This document shows, in pieces, positions 44,291 through 54,595 of a stretch of 64,000 bases of DNA (positions are counted from its first letter, which is position 1; each line of letters opens with the position of its first letter). Under the pieces are notes generated by a model, which did not search any database, was not told where the DNA came from, and worked only from the letters and a program-made list of their open reading frames with translations. The position numbers and the translations under genes were made by a program. The stretch lies in IMG/VR virus record IMGVR_UViG_3300009104_000003; one strand, written 5' to 3'. Source of the DNA: an uncultured virus (IMG/VR IMGVR_UViG_3300009104_000003). Taxonomy: Duplodnaviria; Heunggongvirae; Uroviricota; Caudoviricetes.

Positions 44291-46816
44291 TTATCCAAAG
44301 AAATCCTCCAATGTACTTATCTCTATAGAACTCCATCCTATTGCAGTAAGAATTGGATCAACTGCATCAAGGAAAGACTTTTTGAATTGTAGTTCATAAT
44401 CTATGTATCGATGCAATCCAAACTCTTTTGGAAGGTAATCTGGAAATGCTATTACATTTTCTTTTATTGGATTAGGGGTTCGGAGATATAAGAATTTAAC
44501 TTTATCTCCATTTCTGAGATTAGGATATTGAGTTAATCCTAAATCTTTTCTTTTCATATTATAGAGAAGAGAACCACGAACATGTATCGGAGTACCTTTT
44601 CTATATATTGTTTGATTGTCAGAGAATCCAGTTATATTGTTAGCTCCTCTAGGGAAAGCAATCTCATCTGGTCGAAGAGTAAAGAAGTGAGTTTTGAATT
44701 GATCAATCGCTTCTTGTACTTCTTTCTCGCTTTTAGATATAATAACTTTGAATATATTTTTTAAAGCATCTCTGCATGCTTCTGGAGTAGAGCTCTTATT
44801 AGCTTCAACTCCTACTGTTTTGATCTTAGGAGTTTTAAGTCTAACCCCCTCATTGTCTAATACATTTAGAATATATCTCTTTTTGGCCAGATATATTCCT
44901 CTATCAGCAATAACCTCTCGGCTCATATGCATTTTATTTTCTATTCCACCATATCTTTGGAATAAGTTTTCATAGCAATCTACGAATACACTTTCTAATT
45001 CTTTACAAGCTTTATCTAGGAAGTCCACAGGCTTATCCGTATTTACACGTTCAACCAAGGGCCCCAGACCAATATATAAGGAATCTGTATCGATTGCTAA
45101 GACGTAGTCTGAGGAGCTCTGAAGGACCTTGTTTAAGTACCTATTAATAGATTGTTCACCCCATCTAATAACCATTTGTCCTGTTAAGGTGATTGCTTCA
45201 GCGATTCGTTGATCAAAATATCTAAAGTATCTATTACCAAGAGCACCATATAAACTATTAAGTAGGATTTTAAGAGCCATTTGCCTATTCTCTGCAACAG
45301 ATATATCTCTCTCAATCCTATAGATTTCTTGTTTATCTTCTGGATCTACTTTTTGTAAAGCTTGTTGGGCTTTGATTTGTTCTTTTTTAACTCCTACTCT
45401 TTCATTGAATATCTCTTCAACAATCTTAGGAAGTACTCCTTGTTTTTCAGTATGGAAGTATTGTCCATTTGCACATAATCCATATTTATCTTTATATACT
45501 TGTTGCTTACCTTCTAGCATAGAATCTACATTTACATCTACTGTTTCACCATTTGCAATTGTTTCAGGAGACATATTATATTGCATAATCAAAGAAGGAT
45601 ATAGACTACTTAAGTCGAATGATACCACATGATCGTGCATACCTACCTGGGGTTCTTTTACATAACCTCCAGCATAATTTGTTTTAATTGAATCTGTTGG
45701 GAATGGAACTATTATATTATCTTGAATAAGATCTCTATAAATGATTGTATCCCAGATTGCTGTAGTTCCAAACACATCTGGATAGTTAACTCCACCTCGA
45801 TAAGCTATAGTAAGAGCAAGAGTAATCAATCCCATTTTATCTTCAAGACGATCTACTAATTCAACATCTCGAATATTATAATCAATAAACTTTTGGTGAT
45901 CATCTTCATAGAGTTTGTTAAGTGAACCATGTTCTTCATAAGATAATTTCTTCTCACCTAATACTACATAAGCAATATGATTAAGTGCATATGATTCTTG
46001 CTGAGTATATGCATATCCAAACTTCTTAAATATCTCCATATAATCCATATGAGATATACCTTGGAAATCATAAGTTTGATCTCTGTTCATAGACTTATAA
46101 GCTATTCGAACAGTTTTCTCTTCTACTGTACCCCAAGGTGATAATTTTTTAATGTTTTGTTCGCCTAGGTCTGGGCCGAATACTCGAGTAATTCGATTAA
46201 CCAAATAAGGTATATCAAAGAATTTACTATTCCATCCAGTGATAACATCGGGCGTGTGCGAGGGCGTAGCCCAGTGATTAATAAAATCAACTAATAATTC
46301 TTTTTCATCAGCACATTTCTTATAGATTACCCGATTGGTTTTCATAAGAGATTTAGATACATCATAATCTCCTAATCCCCAAACATAGTATGTGTGATCA
46401 ATATTGTTCTTTAAACAAATAGCTGTGACAGGTTTTAGAGCTTCTTTTGGCTCAGGAAATCCCCCGTCAGATTGTACCTCAATATCAATTGTGGTTACAT
46501 TAATTCTAGATCGATCAAATTCTATATGACCAGGAAATAGATCATTAATTAGGCATGCTTGATATCTGGTATTACCAAAGATAAGGCGACCAGCTACTTG
46601 ATTGTTTTGAGTGATCCATTCTTTGGCATCTCTCATAGATTCGAATTTGACTGGCGCAACAGGTGTTCCGTCCAGGGAACGCCATTTGGTTGCTTTGGAT
46701 GTTCCTACAAAAAGTGTAGGTTTGTATTTGATTTTCTTTTGGACTCGTTTACCATTTTCTATACCTCTGTAAAGAAGCATATTTCCATAACGAGCAACAT
46801 TAGTGTAAAAATTCAT
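44291..46816 (-). CDS. 43: Family B DNA polymerase gp43
   Basis: DIE exonuclease motif, SFDLSSLYPS, KILLNSLYGA, IDTDS, KKRY. Confidence 0.98.
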   Translation of the reverse strand: MNFYTNVARYGNMLLYRGIENGKRVQKKIKYKPTLFVGTSKATKWRSLDGTPVAPVKFESMRDAKEWITQNNQVAGRLIFGNTRYQACLINDLFPGHIEFDRSRINVTTIDIEVQSDGGFPEPKEALKPVTAICLKNNIDHTYYVWGLGDYDVSKSLMKTNRVIYKKCADEKELLVDFINHWATPSHTPDVITGWNSKFFDIPYLVNRITRVFGPDLGEQNIKKLSPWGTVEEKTVRIAYKSMNRDQTYDFQGISHMDYMEIFKKFGYAYTQQESYALNHIAYVVLGEKKLSYEEHGSLNKLYEDDHQKFIDYNIRDVELVDRLEDKMGLITLALTIAYRGGVNYPDVFGTTAIWDTIIYRDLIQDNIIVPFPTDSIKTNYAGGYVKEPQVGMHDHVVSFDLSSLYPSLIMQYNMSPETIANGETVDVNVDSMLEGKQQVYKDKYGLCANGQYFHTEKQGVLPKIVEEIFNERVGVKKEQIKAQQALQKVDPEDKQEIYRIERDISVAENRQMALKILLNSLYGALGNRYFRYFDQRIAEAITLTGQMVIRWGEQSINRYLNKVLQSSSDYVLAIDTDSLYIGLGPLVERVNTDKPVDFLDKACKELESVFVDCYENLFQRYGGIENKMHMSREVIADRGIYLAKKRYILNVLDNEGVRLKTPKIKTVGVEANKSSTPEACRDALKNIFKVIISKSEKEVQEAIDQFKTHFFTLRPDEIAFPRGANNITGFSDNQTIYRKGTPIHVRGSLLYNMKRKDLGLTQYPNLRNGDKVKFLYLRTPNPIKENVIAFPDYLPKEFGLHRYIDYELQFKKSFLDAVDPILTAIGWSSIEISTLEDFFG

Positions 46817-46825
46817 ATAGTGTCT

Positions 46826-46855
46826 ATTATACCACAGTTTCAGTCAATTGTAAAC
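46826..46855 (-). promoter_or_regulatory. Sigma70-like early/middle promoter
   Basis: GTTTACA-N17-TATAAT. Confidence 0.8.
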
Positions 46856-46863
46856 CATTATTT

Positions 46864-46893
46864 AAAAGGTAGGGGGAAAATAAATCCCCCTAT
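46864..46893 (-). terminator. Terminator-like hairpin after hsp20
   Basis: TAGGGGG...CCCCCTA stem followed by CCTTTT. Confidence 0.6.
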
Positions 46894-46905
46894 CTTAATT
46901 CAAGA

Positions 46906-47325
46906 TCAGTTTATTTTGATCTTTTGAGGACGCTTCTCTTCTGGAATGTCTACTCGTAGATTAACTACAAGAATACCATTCACTAGATCAGCATCATCTA
47001 CAACAACATACTCAGCGAGCCTAAAGCTCTTTGAGAATTTGCGAGATGATATACCTTTGTGTGCGTATTCGCGTTCATCGTCGGCCTTAGAACCAGAGAC
47101 AGTTAATGTTCCGTCTTTAAGCTCTACCTCAACATCATCTTTACTGAATCCTGCAACAGCCATTTCAATCATGAAATTTTCGTCGTCGATTCGGACAATG
47201 TTATGAGGTGGATAGTTATCCTGACCTGGAGTACCTGAAGTAAGTCTCTCGAGCTCTGAGAACAGAGGTTCGAAACCTACAAATAGTGAACGTGGATACG
47301 TTAAACTAAGATTTCTAGTCATCAT
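46906..47325 (-). CDS. Small heat shock protein (Hsp20/IbpA family)
   Basis: NYPPHNI, IEMAVAGF, HKGISSRKF, IPEEKRP..IKI. Confidence 0.95.
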   Translation of the reverse strand: MMTRNLSLTYPRSLFVGFEPLFSELERLTSGTPGQDNYPPHNIVRIDDENFMIEMAVAGFSKDDVEVELKDGTLTVSGSKADDEREYAHKGISSRKFSKSFRLAEYVVVDDADLVNGILVVNLRVDIPEEKRPQKIKIN

Positions 47326-47330
47326 CTTTT

Positions 47331-47349
47331 CCTCCTATTTTTAGCAAGG
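47331..47349 (-). promoter_or_regulatory. ROSE-like RNA thermometer hairpin
   Basis: CCTTGCT-AAAAAT-AGGAGG: the U(U/C)GCU motif opposite the SD, upstream of an sHSP gene. Confidence 0.6.
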
Positions 47350-47455
47350 TTATTGAGGCCCACACCGTGTGGCACCTCTCGTTTATAGAAGGCATCCTGT
47401 TATGATGCTCGGAAATATTGTGGTAACTTTAGCAATGTCACCCCTTCTATTATAG

Positions 47456-47463
47456 TATTTATA
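47456..47463 (-). promoter_or_regulatory. T4-type late promoter TATAAATA
   Basis: Exact motif at the regA stop, heading the hsp20 leader. Confidence 0.7.
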
Positions 47464-47899
47464 CGGGCTTTGATCCTTCTTTTGAAGGACTATTGCCAAT
47501 ATTATACTTTGGACATAATTCCCACATATGCTTATCTTTAAAAGGTATTACCTTTATTTGCCTTAATGGTGCTATGTCCTTTGCTGCTTCAGGATTAATT
47601 AATGTAACTAATCCCCAGTCAGCCAACAGAGTCGAAATTGTATTACGTCTCTGAAGATCATTCTCTACTAGGTTCGAGGGTTTCCCGTCTAGTAAAAATA
47701 ATTCTTTAAAATGTACGATGAAATATCTTCCTTGTTTATGTAAGATATGACACGATTGAAATAGTTTGTTATCCTTTCTGGATGCTACACCGATACGTGT
47801 TAATGTTTCTCTTACTTTAAGAAAGTCATCTGGTTCACTTAATGTGATCTCTAACATATCATTTGGAGACCAATCATTAATTTGTTTTTGTTCTTCCAC
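47459..47899 (-). CDS. regA: Translational repressor RegA
   Basis: DDFLKVRETLTRIGVAS, QSCHILHKQGRYFIVHFKELF. Confidence 0.96.
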   Translation of the reverse strand: MEEQKQINDWSPNDMLEITLSEPDDFLKVRETLTRIGVASRKDNKLFQSCHILHKQGRYFIVHFKELFLLDGKPSNLVENDLQRRNTISTLLADWGLVTLINPEAAKDIAPLRQIKVIPFKDKHMWELCPKYNIGNSPSKEGSKPV

Positions 47900-48263
47900 C
47901 TTTATAAATCCTTTTTCTCAAATCTTCAATTTGCTTATTATTTAATAATGATAAAACAGATTTAGCTTTTTCATTGCTATATCCATAATATTCCTTAATG
48001 ATACCGATACTTTGTATCTCAGTGGGTTTGAACCATTTAGAGAATCGATTTCGTTTCTTAATTATATTTATAAAAAAATCAAATTGAAGACGCGCTGGTA
48101 GGTGGGAATGTTGATTCATTTCATTAGCATATAATACTGTATCTGGAAAATAAGAAAGAGCTCTATTAACTATAAAGGGTTGATATTCATCTTCAGCTAT
48201 ATCATCTACCATTATATCTTTCTTGGTAGTATTAATTGCCTTTACATAATCAAATGGGTTCAT
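47877..48263 (-). CDS. 62: Clamp loader small subunit gp62
   Basis: PFIVNRALS, ANEMN, YYGYSNEKA. Confidence 0.9.
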   Translation of the reverse strand: MNPFDYVKAINTTKKDIMVDDIAEDEYQPFIVNRALSYFPDTVLYANEMNQHSHLPARLQFDFFINIIKKRNRFSKWFKPTEIQSIGIIKEYYGYSNEKAKSVLSLLNNKQIEDLRKRIYKGGRTKTN

Positions 48264-48499
48264 TAATTTGTTCTCAAATATCCGTATCTAATAAGTTTTT
48301 CTTGTTCTTCTATAGCATCAGTTAAAGAAACAGTCTTTTCCATAGACCAATTTCTTCCAACGGTTTGCCAAGAGTTTCCTAGGAATGATTCTCTTATCTT
48401 TATTTTATTCTCATCATGATCAGAGACCGTAAAGATAACAGCATGACCTTCATTTTCGAAAGATCCTGTTAATGCTATTCCTGTTATTTTTCCTTTCAT
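48263..48499 (-). CDS. Hypothetical protein
   Basis: Packed ORF with RBS. Confidence 0.6.
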   Translation of the reverse strand: MKGKITGIALTGSFENEGHAVIFTVSDHDENKIKIRESFLGNSWQTVGRNWSMEKTVSLTDAIEEQEKLIRYGYLRTN

Positions 48500-48717
48500 A
48501 AATTTATCCTCAATACTCCTGCGCAGCTTACAAAAGATAATATCACACTTAGTATGAATATTATTTTAACTGCTTTATTTGTTGTGTTTTCTGACATATG
48601 CTTTAGCCTCTACTTCTTTATTAAAAATTCTTTCATATACGATTTCACTATCATTCATAGCTACCACTCTATATCTTATATCATTTTCGCGATAATATAC
48701 TGGGTGATATGTATATC

Positions 48718-49659
48718 TCATTTGAATTTCACCTGTGACATTATTTCTGTTAAACAGGCAACCAAATTTAATTCATGATCTGCAACAAATGCATTCTTGT
48801 ATTGATAATCTCCTAGGATTAATACCAATTGTGGGATAGATTGTGATTCAACATAATCTGTCATATTATCATATATTTTTCTAAATAGAGCTGCTGGTTC
48901 TGAATCCATATTATCTGCAACCCATTGTCTCATACTTCTAAAATCTTTTCCTTTTAATAATCTCATTAGATCAGCAATTGCTATCTCGCTTAATTGGACT
49001 AGTATACCACTATCTATCGATCCATTAGTACTATACCTTTGTAATTCATTTAATACTCTACGCCAATCTGGCATATGTTTCATTAGCAATTCAGCTAAGA
49101 CATTCTTTTCGTATTTTATATTTTCCTCTTCTAGAATGAATTCACATCTTTCCATGAATTCAACCAATAGCGGAGGCATATCCTTTTTCGCTATATTAAA
49201 TTCTATAACTGAACACCTAGAATGTAAGGGTTCTATAATTCGGTTTTTGAAATTGCAGGTTAGAATAAACCTACAGTTAGCACTAAACTCTTCTATAAAA
49301 GCTCTTAATGCTGGTTGTGTGGATTGGGGATTTAAGTAATCTGCTTCATCTAGAATAACTACTTTATATCCACCTTGGAGAGAAATAGTACTAGCAAATC
49401 TTTTAATCTTGGTTCGAAGTGTATCGATACCAGATTCTTCTGATCCATTGACTATAAGAAAGTCTAGACCAAGCTCATTGCATAAAGCTTTTGCTACTGT
49501 TGTTTTACCAGTACCGGGTGTCCCGGTGAGAAGCATATTGTGAAGTTCACCTCCGTTAACAATATCTTCAAAAGTTGATTTTAGTTCTGGTGGTAAAATA
49601 CAATCATCAATTCGCGGTGGTCTATACTTTTCAACCCATAAAAATTCATTTTTGTTCAT
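48718..49659 (-). CDS. 44: Clamp loader large subunit gp44
   Basis: LWVEKYRP, GTPGTGKTT, ILDEAD, LHSRC. Confidence 0.96.
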   Translation of the reverse strand: MNKNEFLWVEKYRPPRIDDCILPPELKSTFEDIVNGGELHNMLLTGTPGTGKTTVAKALCNELGLDFLIVNGSEESGIDTLRTKIKRFASTISLQGGYKVVILDEADYLNPQSTQPALRAFIEEFSANCRFILTCNFKNRIIEPLHSRCSVIEFNIAKKDMPPLLVEFMERCEFILEEENIKYEKNVLAELLMKHMPDWRRVLNELQRYSTNGSIDSGILVQLSEIAIADLMRLLKGKDFRSMRQWVADNMDSEPAALFRKIYDNMTDYVESQSIPQLVLILGDYQYKNAFVADHELNLVACLTEIMSQVKFK

Positions 49660-49676
49660 AATATAATCTGTATTAA

Positions 49677-49703
49677 AGTTGGGTGGGGAGCTACCCCACC
49701 TTT
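49677..49703 (-). terminator. Terminator-like hairpin
   Basis: GGTGGGG-TAGCT-CCCCACC. Confidence 0.55.
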
Positions 49704-49708
49704 AAGCT

Positions 49709-49975
49709 TTAGGAATCGTCGGACTCGTCTGAGCCGTTTCCAACAGTTTCTGCTTCTTCATTCACTTCTGGTACTGCGCCTTCTGGTGCAGGTTCATCAG
49801 CAGGTCGGTTAGCATTTATAAATTTAACCAATCTAGTTCTAAGAGCTCCAACTGTTTCCAGTTCTACTCCTTCGAACGCACCACGTCTAGAACAGATGTC
49901 AACCACCTGTACACTAGTTGCGATGTCTTGAAGCGAAAGCTGAGGTGCTTCCTGTGTTTCTACTGCGTCATTCAT
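49709..49975 (-). CDS. Conserved hypothetical protein
   Basis: AGGAGG RBS; LSLQDI...DICSRRGAF. Confidence 0.7.
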   Translation of the reverse strand: MNDAVETQEAPQLSLQDIATSVQVVDICSRRGAFEGVELETVGALRTRLVKFINANRPADEPAPEGAVPEVNEEAETVGNGSDESDDS

Positions 49976-50080
49976 AAGTTCCTCCTATGCATAGTAGACT
50001 ATTATTAATAAGACCCATAATTAGCATCTTATATAATATCCTCATAACCAATCAATGATATATGAGAATCTTTCAACATG

Positions 50081-50088
50081 TATTTATA
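50081..50088 (-). promoter_or_regulatory. T4-type late promoter TATAAATA
   Basis: Exact motif at the gp45 stop. Confidence 0.65.
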
Positions 50089-50758
50089 CATGGAATTCAC
50101 TCCCTTTTTCCAACGCTATAAAATAGTTTATTGGATAAGTAGAAGATGTCCAGTGAGATATAAGTTTAGAACTTATGTTCACATAGTAATCTCCGGGGAG
50201 AAGTTTTAAATTCGGAATATTAAAAATAAATTTGAAATCATTAGTACAAGGATTAGAATTATCTAATACTAAAGAAAAGGCATTTGAAGACATATCATTT
50301 ACATCATAAACCTCTGCTCGTATTTGACCTTTAATCCCACATATAACTAATTCCGAATGTCCTAGGACCTGAGAAGCTTTTCTAATTTGATTAATATGAT
50401 CTTCAGTAATATTAATAGAAAGCTCTGGGTCTGGCATTGTAATCTCTTTAGTTGGAGTTGTAAGTATATCCTTTTCAGAATAATAATAATTCACTCTAGA
50501 AATATCACCATTCTTGAGAACTACTCTATCTCCACCAAAGTCTAGATCGGGGTTTTCGATTAAACCAATTACCTGTAAAAATTCGTTAAGATCATAGATC
50601 CCGAATTCAACTGGAAAGGTTTCTGGAACGTGTGCTTGAGCCATAATATTTTTGGCTTCTGCAATCGTTTTTAAATCTTGTCCTGGATTAATCAAAATAT
50701 TAGGATTAATCGAGGCAAAATTTTGTAACACATCAAGTGTTTCTTTTGAAATATTCAT
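50084..50758 (-). CDS. 45: Sliding clamp gp45
   Basis: LQNFASIN, FGIYDLNEFL, NLKLLPGDY, YFIALE. Confidence 0.93.
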   Translation of the reverse strand: MNISKETLDVLQNFASINPNILINPGQDLKTIAEAKNIMAQAHVPETFPVEFGIYDLNEFLQVIGLIENPDLDFGGDRVVLKNGDISRVNYYYSEKDILTTPTKEITMPDPELSINITEDHINQIRKASQVLGHSELVICGIKGQIRAEVYDVNDMSSNAFSLVLDNSNPCTNDFKFIFNIPNLKLLPGDYYVNISSKLISHWTSSTYPINYFIALEKGSEFHV

Positions 50759-50765
50759 AATGTAT

Positions 50766-50795
50766 ATTATACCATAGTTTTTATCGAAAGTAAAT
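50766..50795 (-). promoter_or_regulatory. Sigma70-like early/middle promoter
   Basis: TTTACT-N17-TATAAT. Confidence 0.7.
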
Positions 50796-50797
50796 CT

Positions 50798-51085
50798 TTA
50801 TTTTTTATGTTCGGTATCATGGACGTGTAATGCCATTATAGCATAGTGCAATACCTTCATCAGATCCTTTCTATTATATCCGTCCTTTTTGCCGTATCGT
50901 TGTGCATACTTGAGTATGTTCCCGATACAAAATCCTTCACCATGACCACCATCCATAATAAATTCAGTTGCCTGAAACTTATCTCTTGCATAATGTTCAT
51001 CGTATGTAGAATCTATATACGCAGCGAGCTCTTTGCAGAGCTCACCTTCGTTAAATTTGTAATCAATATGGGATGTCATCGTCAT
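50798..51085 (-). CDS. DUF3310-like protein
   Basis: HY...GFCIGNILKYAQRYGKK...DLMK. Confidence 0.75.
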   Translation of the reverse strand: MTMTSHIDYKFNEGELCKELAAYIDSTYDEHYARDKFQATEFIMDGGHGEGFCIGNILKYAQRYGKKDGYNRKDLMKVLHYAIMALHVHDTEHKK

Positions 51086-52229
51086 CTATTTCGTTATCTA
51101 TTTCTGGTTCTGTAGAAACCTCATCTAAATGAGCTCCTGAATCGACCTTAGTATAAAGATCTAGGAAAGCCTCTTTTGTATCCTCGTCGAATCTAGCGAT
51201 GCAGAGGTTGATAGCTTTCATCTTGTTATTAAAGATAGTAAAGCTTTGAACGATGTGGCAAAGCCTACGGGTTGAGATAATTTCATCAACTCCATCATCG
51301 TAGAAAGTTTTTCTGATAATATCAGCCCAATCAACTAGCTTATCCATAAATTCGGTATCAATTTCAGTACCAAATTTTTCGAAGTGCTTAGCTAAGATTT
51401 TCTTTTCAGTAGCTGGGCTAGCGAATTTTTGATCTACACTAATAGTAAATCTTTCTAAGAAAGCTTCATCGATTATAGAAGCTGCGGTATATCGTCCATC
51501 TTCTGAACCTTTACCTTTAGTATTAGCAGTAGCTAAAACGTTGAAACCTGGAGCGGGAGATATAACCTCACCAGTCTTTTTGACTAGTACTGGTTTGCCT
51601 TCAAGGATACCTTGTAAGCACATAATCTTATTTGTAGCCCTATCGATCTCATCGAGAAGAAGGATAGCTCCATTTTCCATTGCTTTTAGCACTGGGCCTT
51701 TGGCGAATACTGTTTCGCCGTTAACTAATCTGAATCCTCCAAGAAGATCATCTTCATCGGTTTCAGGGTTAATTTGAACCCTGATGAATTCGCGGTTGAG
51801 CTGCGCGCACGCTTGCTCGACCATAAATGTTTTTCCGTTACCGGACATACCAGCTACGTAAACTGGATAAAACATTTCTGATTTAATAACTTTTTTAATA
51901 TCTGCGTGTGAGCCCCAAGCTACGTAAGTTGGGTCAACTGTTGCAAAAGTTTTTTCCTTATTAACAATTGATTGTGGTGCCATTGCAACCTCAGCGGTCG
52001 GTAGAGGAATTACCTCTGCTTCTCTAATAGGTTTTACTAGGTGAGCTAGATCGTAGTAACCGATCCTGACCCTGTCTTTTGCGTTGCAAAGCCCAATCCA
52101 GTCAGACTTTTTATACCCTAATGAGTCACCAGCGTCTTTGATTGCTGATGTTTTAAACTCGGTCGTATCCGGAAATCTTCGGGAGAGCTCCTCGAGGATT
52201 TTGTGTGTGGATATTTTCACTTTATTCAT
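51063..52229 (-). CDS. CobS/MoxR-like AAA+ ATPase
   Basis: GMSGNGKT, LLLDEID, ATANTKG, AFLERF, ISTRRL. Confidence 0.9.
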   Translation of the reverse strand: MNKVKISTHKILEELSRRFPDTTEFKTSAIKDAGDSLGYKKSDWIGLCNAKDRVRIGYYDLAHLVKPIREAEVIPLPTAEVAMAPQSIVNKEKTFATVDPTYVAWGSHADIKKVIKSEMFYPVYVAGMSGNGKTFMVEQACAQLNREFIRVQINPETDEDDLLGGFRLVNGETVFAKGPVLKAMENGAILLLDEIDRATNKIMCLQGILEGKPVLVKKTGEVISPAPGFNVLATANTKGKGSEDGRYTAASIIDEAFLERFTISVDQKFASPATEKKILAKHFEKFGTEIDTEFMDKLVDWADIIRKTFYDDGVDEIISTRRLCHIVQSFTIFNNKMKAINLCIARFDEDTKEAFLDLYTKVDSGAHLDEVSTEPEIDNEIDDDDIPY

Positions 52230-52267
52230 AATTTTTTCCTTATCAAATTAATTTTGTTTATAGGTCC

Positions 52268-52297
52268 ATTATACCATAGGTAGGTCTAAATGTAAAC
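52268..52297 (-). promoter_or_regulatory. Strong early promoter
   Basis: GTTTACA-N17-TATAAT with upstream A tracts. Confidence 0.85.
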
Positions 52298-52330
52298 CCC
52301 TTTTTTGAACTTTTTTCAATTTATTTTGCA

Positions 52331-54595
52331 TTATGCAACCGCCTTACCAAAGTTCGTGAGTAAGACTTTGTTCTTTTTCTTCGAAGCTGAGAACTTTTTA
52401 AATCCAGCTCGGATTTGAGCAGTTGAAGCATCTTCTTTAACTTCAAATTCATCCTGTGTAGCTTCTAGTTTTATGCCTCCCTTAACAAGATAGAATTCAT
52501 CATATCCTACCACGTTCTTAAGAGAAACACATTTGTTCTTTCTATATTCTTTATTAGGTTCTCTCATATCCCAGATATCAGCTTCGTGGAGTTTGCTTTT
52601 GAAATCCCATGTTCTATCTGATACAAAGAAACCAATTGTTGTGCAAGCATATCTCTTAGAGATATTTTTTAGTAATTCGTGTGTAGATCTACGAGGATCA
52701 CCAGATATTTCTAGAAGTTTTCCTTCGATGTGAATTCTATATTTCCATCTATCAAGTTTTAATCCATCTTTATTATCTTTAAGAAAAGAATGTTTCTTTT
52801 GTTGCTTGTAATCTACAAATTCTCTTAAACCGTTTGAATCCCCATCTGATAAAACAACCAAATTCATTTTATCAACCGCATGCTTCATTTTGAATTTCTT
52901 GACTAATGTATGAGCTATAACTAAAGATTGATTAAGAGGAGTAGATCCCCACTGTTCCATCTTTCCTGTCACTGCATAGTCATCCCAGTAATTATCATCA
53001 TAATAATAATTTCTTCTAGATGCAACTGCTAGTTTTTTCATATAAAGCCCTTCAAGAGCTTGATTGTATTCTCTTTTCTTTAAAGAAGAAGAGATTAATA
53101 AAGGTAAACAAACATTACTTATCTCTAGGTCTCCATCCGTTAATAAAGGTCGACCTCGGCTATTCATAAGCTCACGATTTCCTGTAGTAAAAGCATATAC
53201 GTCAAATGGTATATTAACCATTTTGCAAAATGTAACTAGGTGAAATAATTGATCAATTACTTGAGCTAAAGTACCATTCATAGATCCAGAATAATCAATT
53301 AACATAATCATCCCGTGATTTTTAGCATTAGCTAATTTAGTAACTCGAGCAAAAATGTCTTCATTATATTTGTAAGAATAAACTTTGTTAACGTCAAGTG
53401 TACCTGATTTAGCTGTTTGAGCTCTTTGCCATTGGTATCCTGCTTTTCTCATTTCAAATTCTTTTACTGCAAAGTTCGAGGCTCTTTTAACCTGAGCTAA
53501 ATATTCTCCATATCCTTTCATAATTCCATTTTCAGCAGGATCAAAATCATATCGTTCCATTGCGTCTTGTCTAGATTTATGAACTTCTTTAAAAGGAAAT
53601 AGTACATGATCTATAAGCTTTTTGGAAGGTCCTCTCATATATACGGGTTGTTTTCCGTTTTCATCTTCTTCGAGTAAAGTTCGTTCTGCTTCGCGATGGT
53701 TTTCATCGGTGATAGAAACGTCCTCTTCACCTTCGCCTTTATCTTTAGTTCCATCCTCCTCCGTGGATGGGGTATCTGCTTCGTCGCTCTCTGAGCTAGA
53801 ATTATTGGTCTCTGTGCGATCGTCAGATTTATCCCCATCCTCAGATTCGGATTCAGAAGAATTTGATGCTTCATCTTCTTCGCTTGATTGTTCACCATCG
53901 GTTGAGCTTGAACTTTCATCTTCTTCTAAATAATCATCATGTCCCATTTGGGGACCAGCTTCACCCTCACCGGCAATTTCTTCCATTCCTTCTGGAATTT
54001 CTATATCTCCTTCTGGGGGTTGAGGCTTTTGGATAAGTTCAGGAGTATTTTCCTGAGTATAAGCTAGGATTTCTCTGCAAAGCTCAACCACTTCTTCGAA
54101 GGTTTGAGTTTGATACCTAGCTCTGTTATAAAATTCTTTTTCTTCTTTATTAAAATAAATATGAACCATTTCACCAAGCTTGGCTTTAAGGTTAATTTTG
54201 TCAATAAGTTTAATTTGAGTTTGATCATCAGGATAATCGAAAAGACCTCTGTCTTTAAGACTAAAGTATCCTCTTTTGAAAGGACCAACCAGTCCTGGAT
54301 AATCTCTTTGAATAAATCTCTCTATGCGCGCGTCCTCGATCACATTAATATATGATCTTGGGCACCCTTCAAGTTTTTCTGGGCTATCATGCCATCCCTC
54401 GTACGGGGTATATAAAGCATGCCCAACTTCGTGTCCTACCAAAAGGTCATAAACATCTTTACCCATATCTTTCCAAAGAGGAAGACCGAGCGTACGGTTC
54501 TTAACATCAAACCAGGCGGTCGGATAATTACCGTGTTGTACAGTAACATTCTCTTTTGCGAGTAATCTAGCTATTGTTGGATTATTGTGATTCAT
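52331..54595 (-). CDS. CobT-like metallopeptidase/VWA protein, partner of the AAA+ ATPase
   Basis: HEVGH, NVIEDARIE, acidic linker, DYSGSM MIDAS, STPL, LSDGD. Confidence 0.85.
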   Translation of the reverse strand: MNHNNPTIARLLAKENVTVQHGNYPTAWFDVKNRTLGLPLWKDMGKDVYDLLVGHEVGHALYTPYEGWHDSPEKLEGCPRSYINVIEDARIERFIQRDYPGLVGPFKRGYFSLKDRGLFDYPDDQTQIKLIDKINLKAKLGEMVHIYFNKEEKEFYNRARYQTQTFEEVVELCREILAYTQENTPELIQKPQPPEGDIEIPEGMEEIAGEGEAGPQMGHDDYLEEDESSSSTDGEQSSEEDEASNSSESESEDGDKSDDRTETNNSSSESDEADTPSTEEDGTKDKGEGEEDVSITDENHREAERTLLEEDENGKQPVYMRGPSKKLIDHVLFPFKEVHKSRQDAMERYDFDPAENGIMKGYGEYLAQVKRASNFAVKEFEMRKAGYQWQRAQTAKSGTLDVNKVYSYKYNEDIFARVTKLANAKNHGMIMLIDYSGSMNGTLAQVIDQLFHLVTFCKMVNIPFDVYAFTTGNRELMNSRGRPLLTDGDLEISNVCLPLLISSSLKKREYNQALEGLYMKKLAVASRRNYYYDDNYWDDYAVTGKMEQWGSTPLNQSLVIAHTLVKKFKMKHAVDKMNLVVLSDGDSNGLREFVDYKQQKKHSFLKDNKDGLKLDRWKYRIHIEGKLLEISGDPRRSTHELLKNISKRYACTTIGFFVSDRTWDFKSKLHEADIWDMREPNKEYRKNKCVSLKNVVGYDEFYLVKGGIKLEATQDEFEVKEDASTAQIRAGFKKFSASKKKNKVLLTNFGKAVA

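Noticed and set aside
47380..47452. Hammerhead ribozyme in the hsp20 leader
   Set aside because: A three-way junction is present, but the CUGANGA core is missing on both strands.
51063..54595. Cobalamin biosynthesis (cobS/cobT) AMG
   Set aside because: This AAA+/VWA pair is common in T4-like phages and no other cob genes are present; more likely a chaperone-type module.
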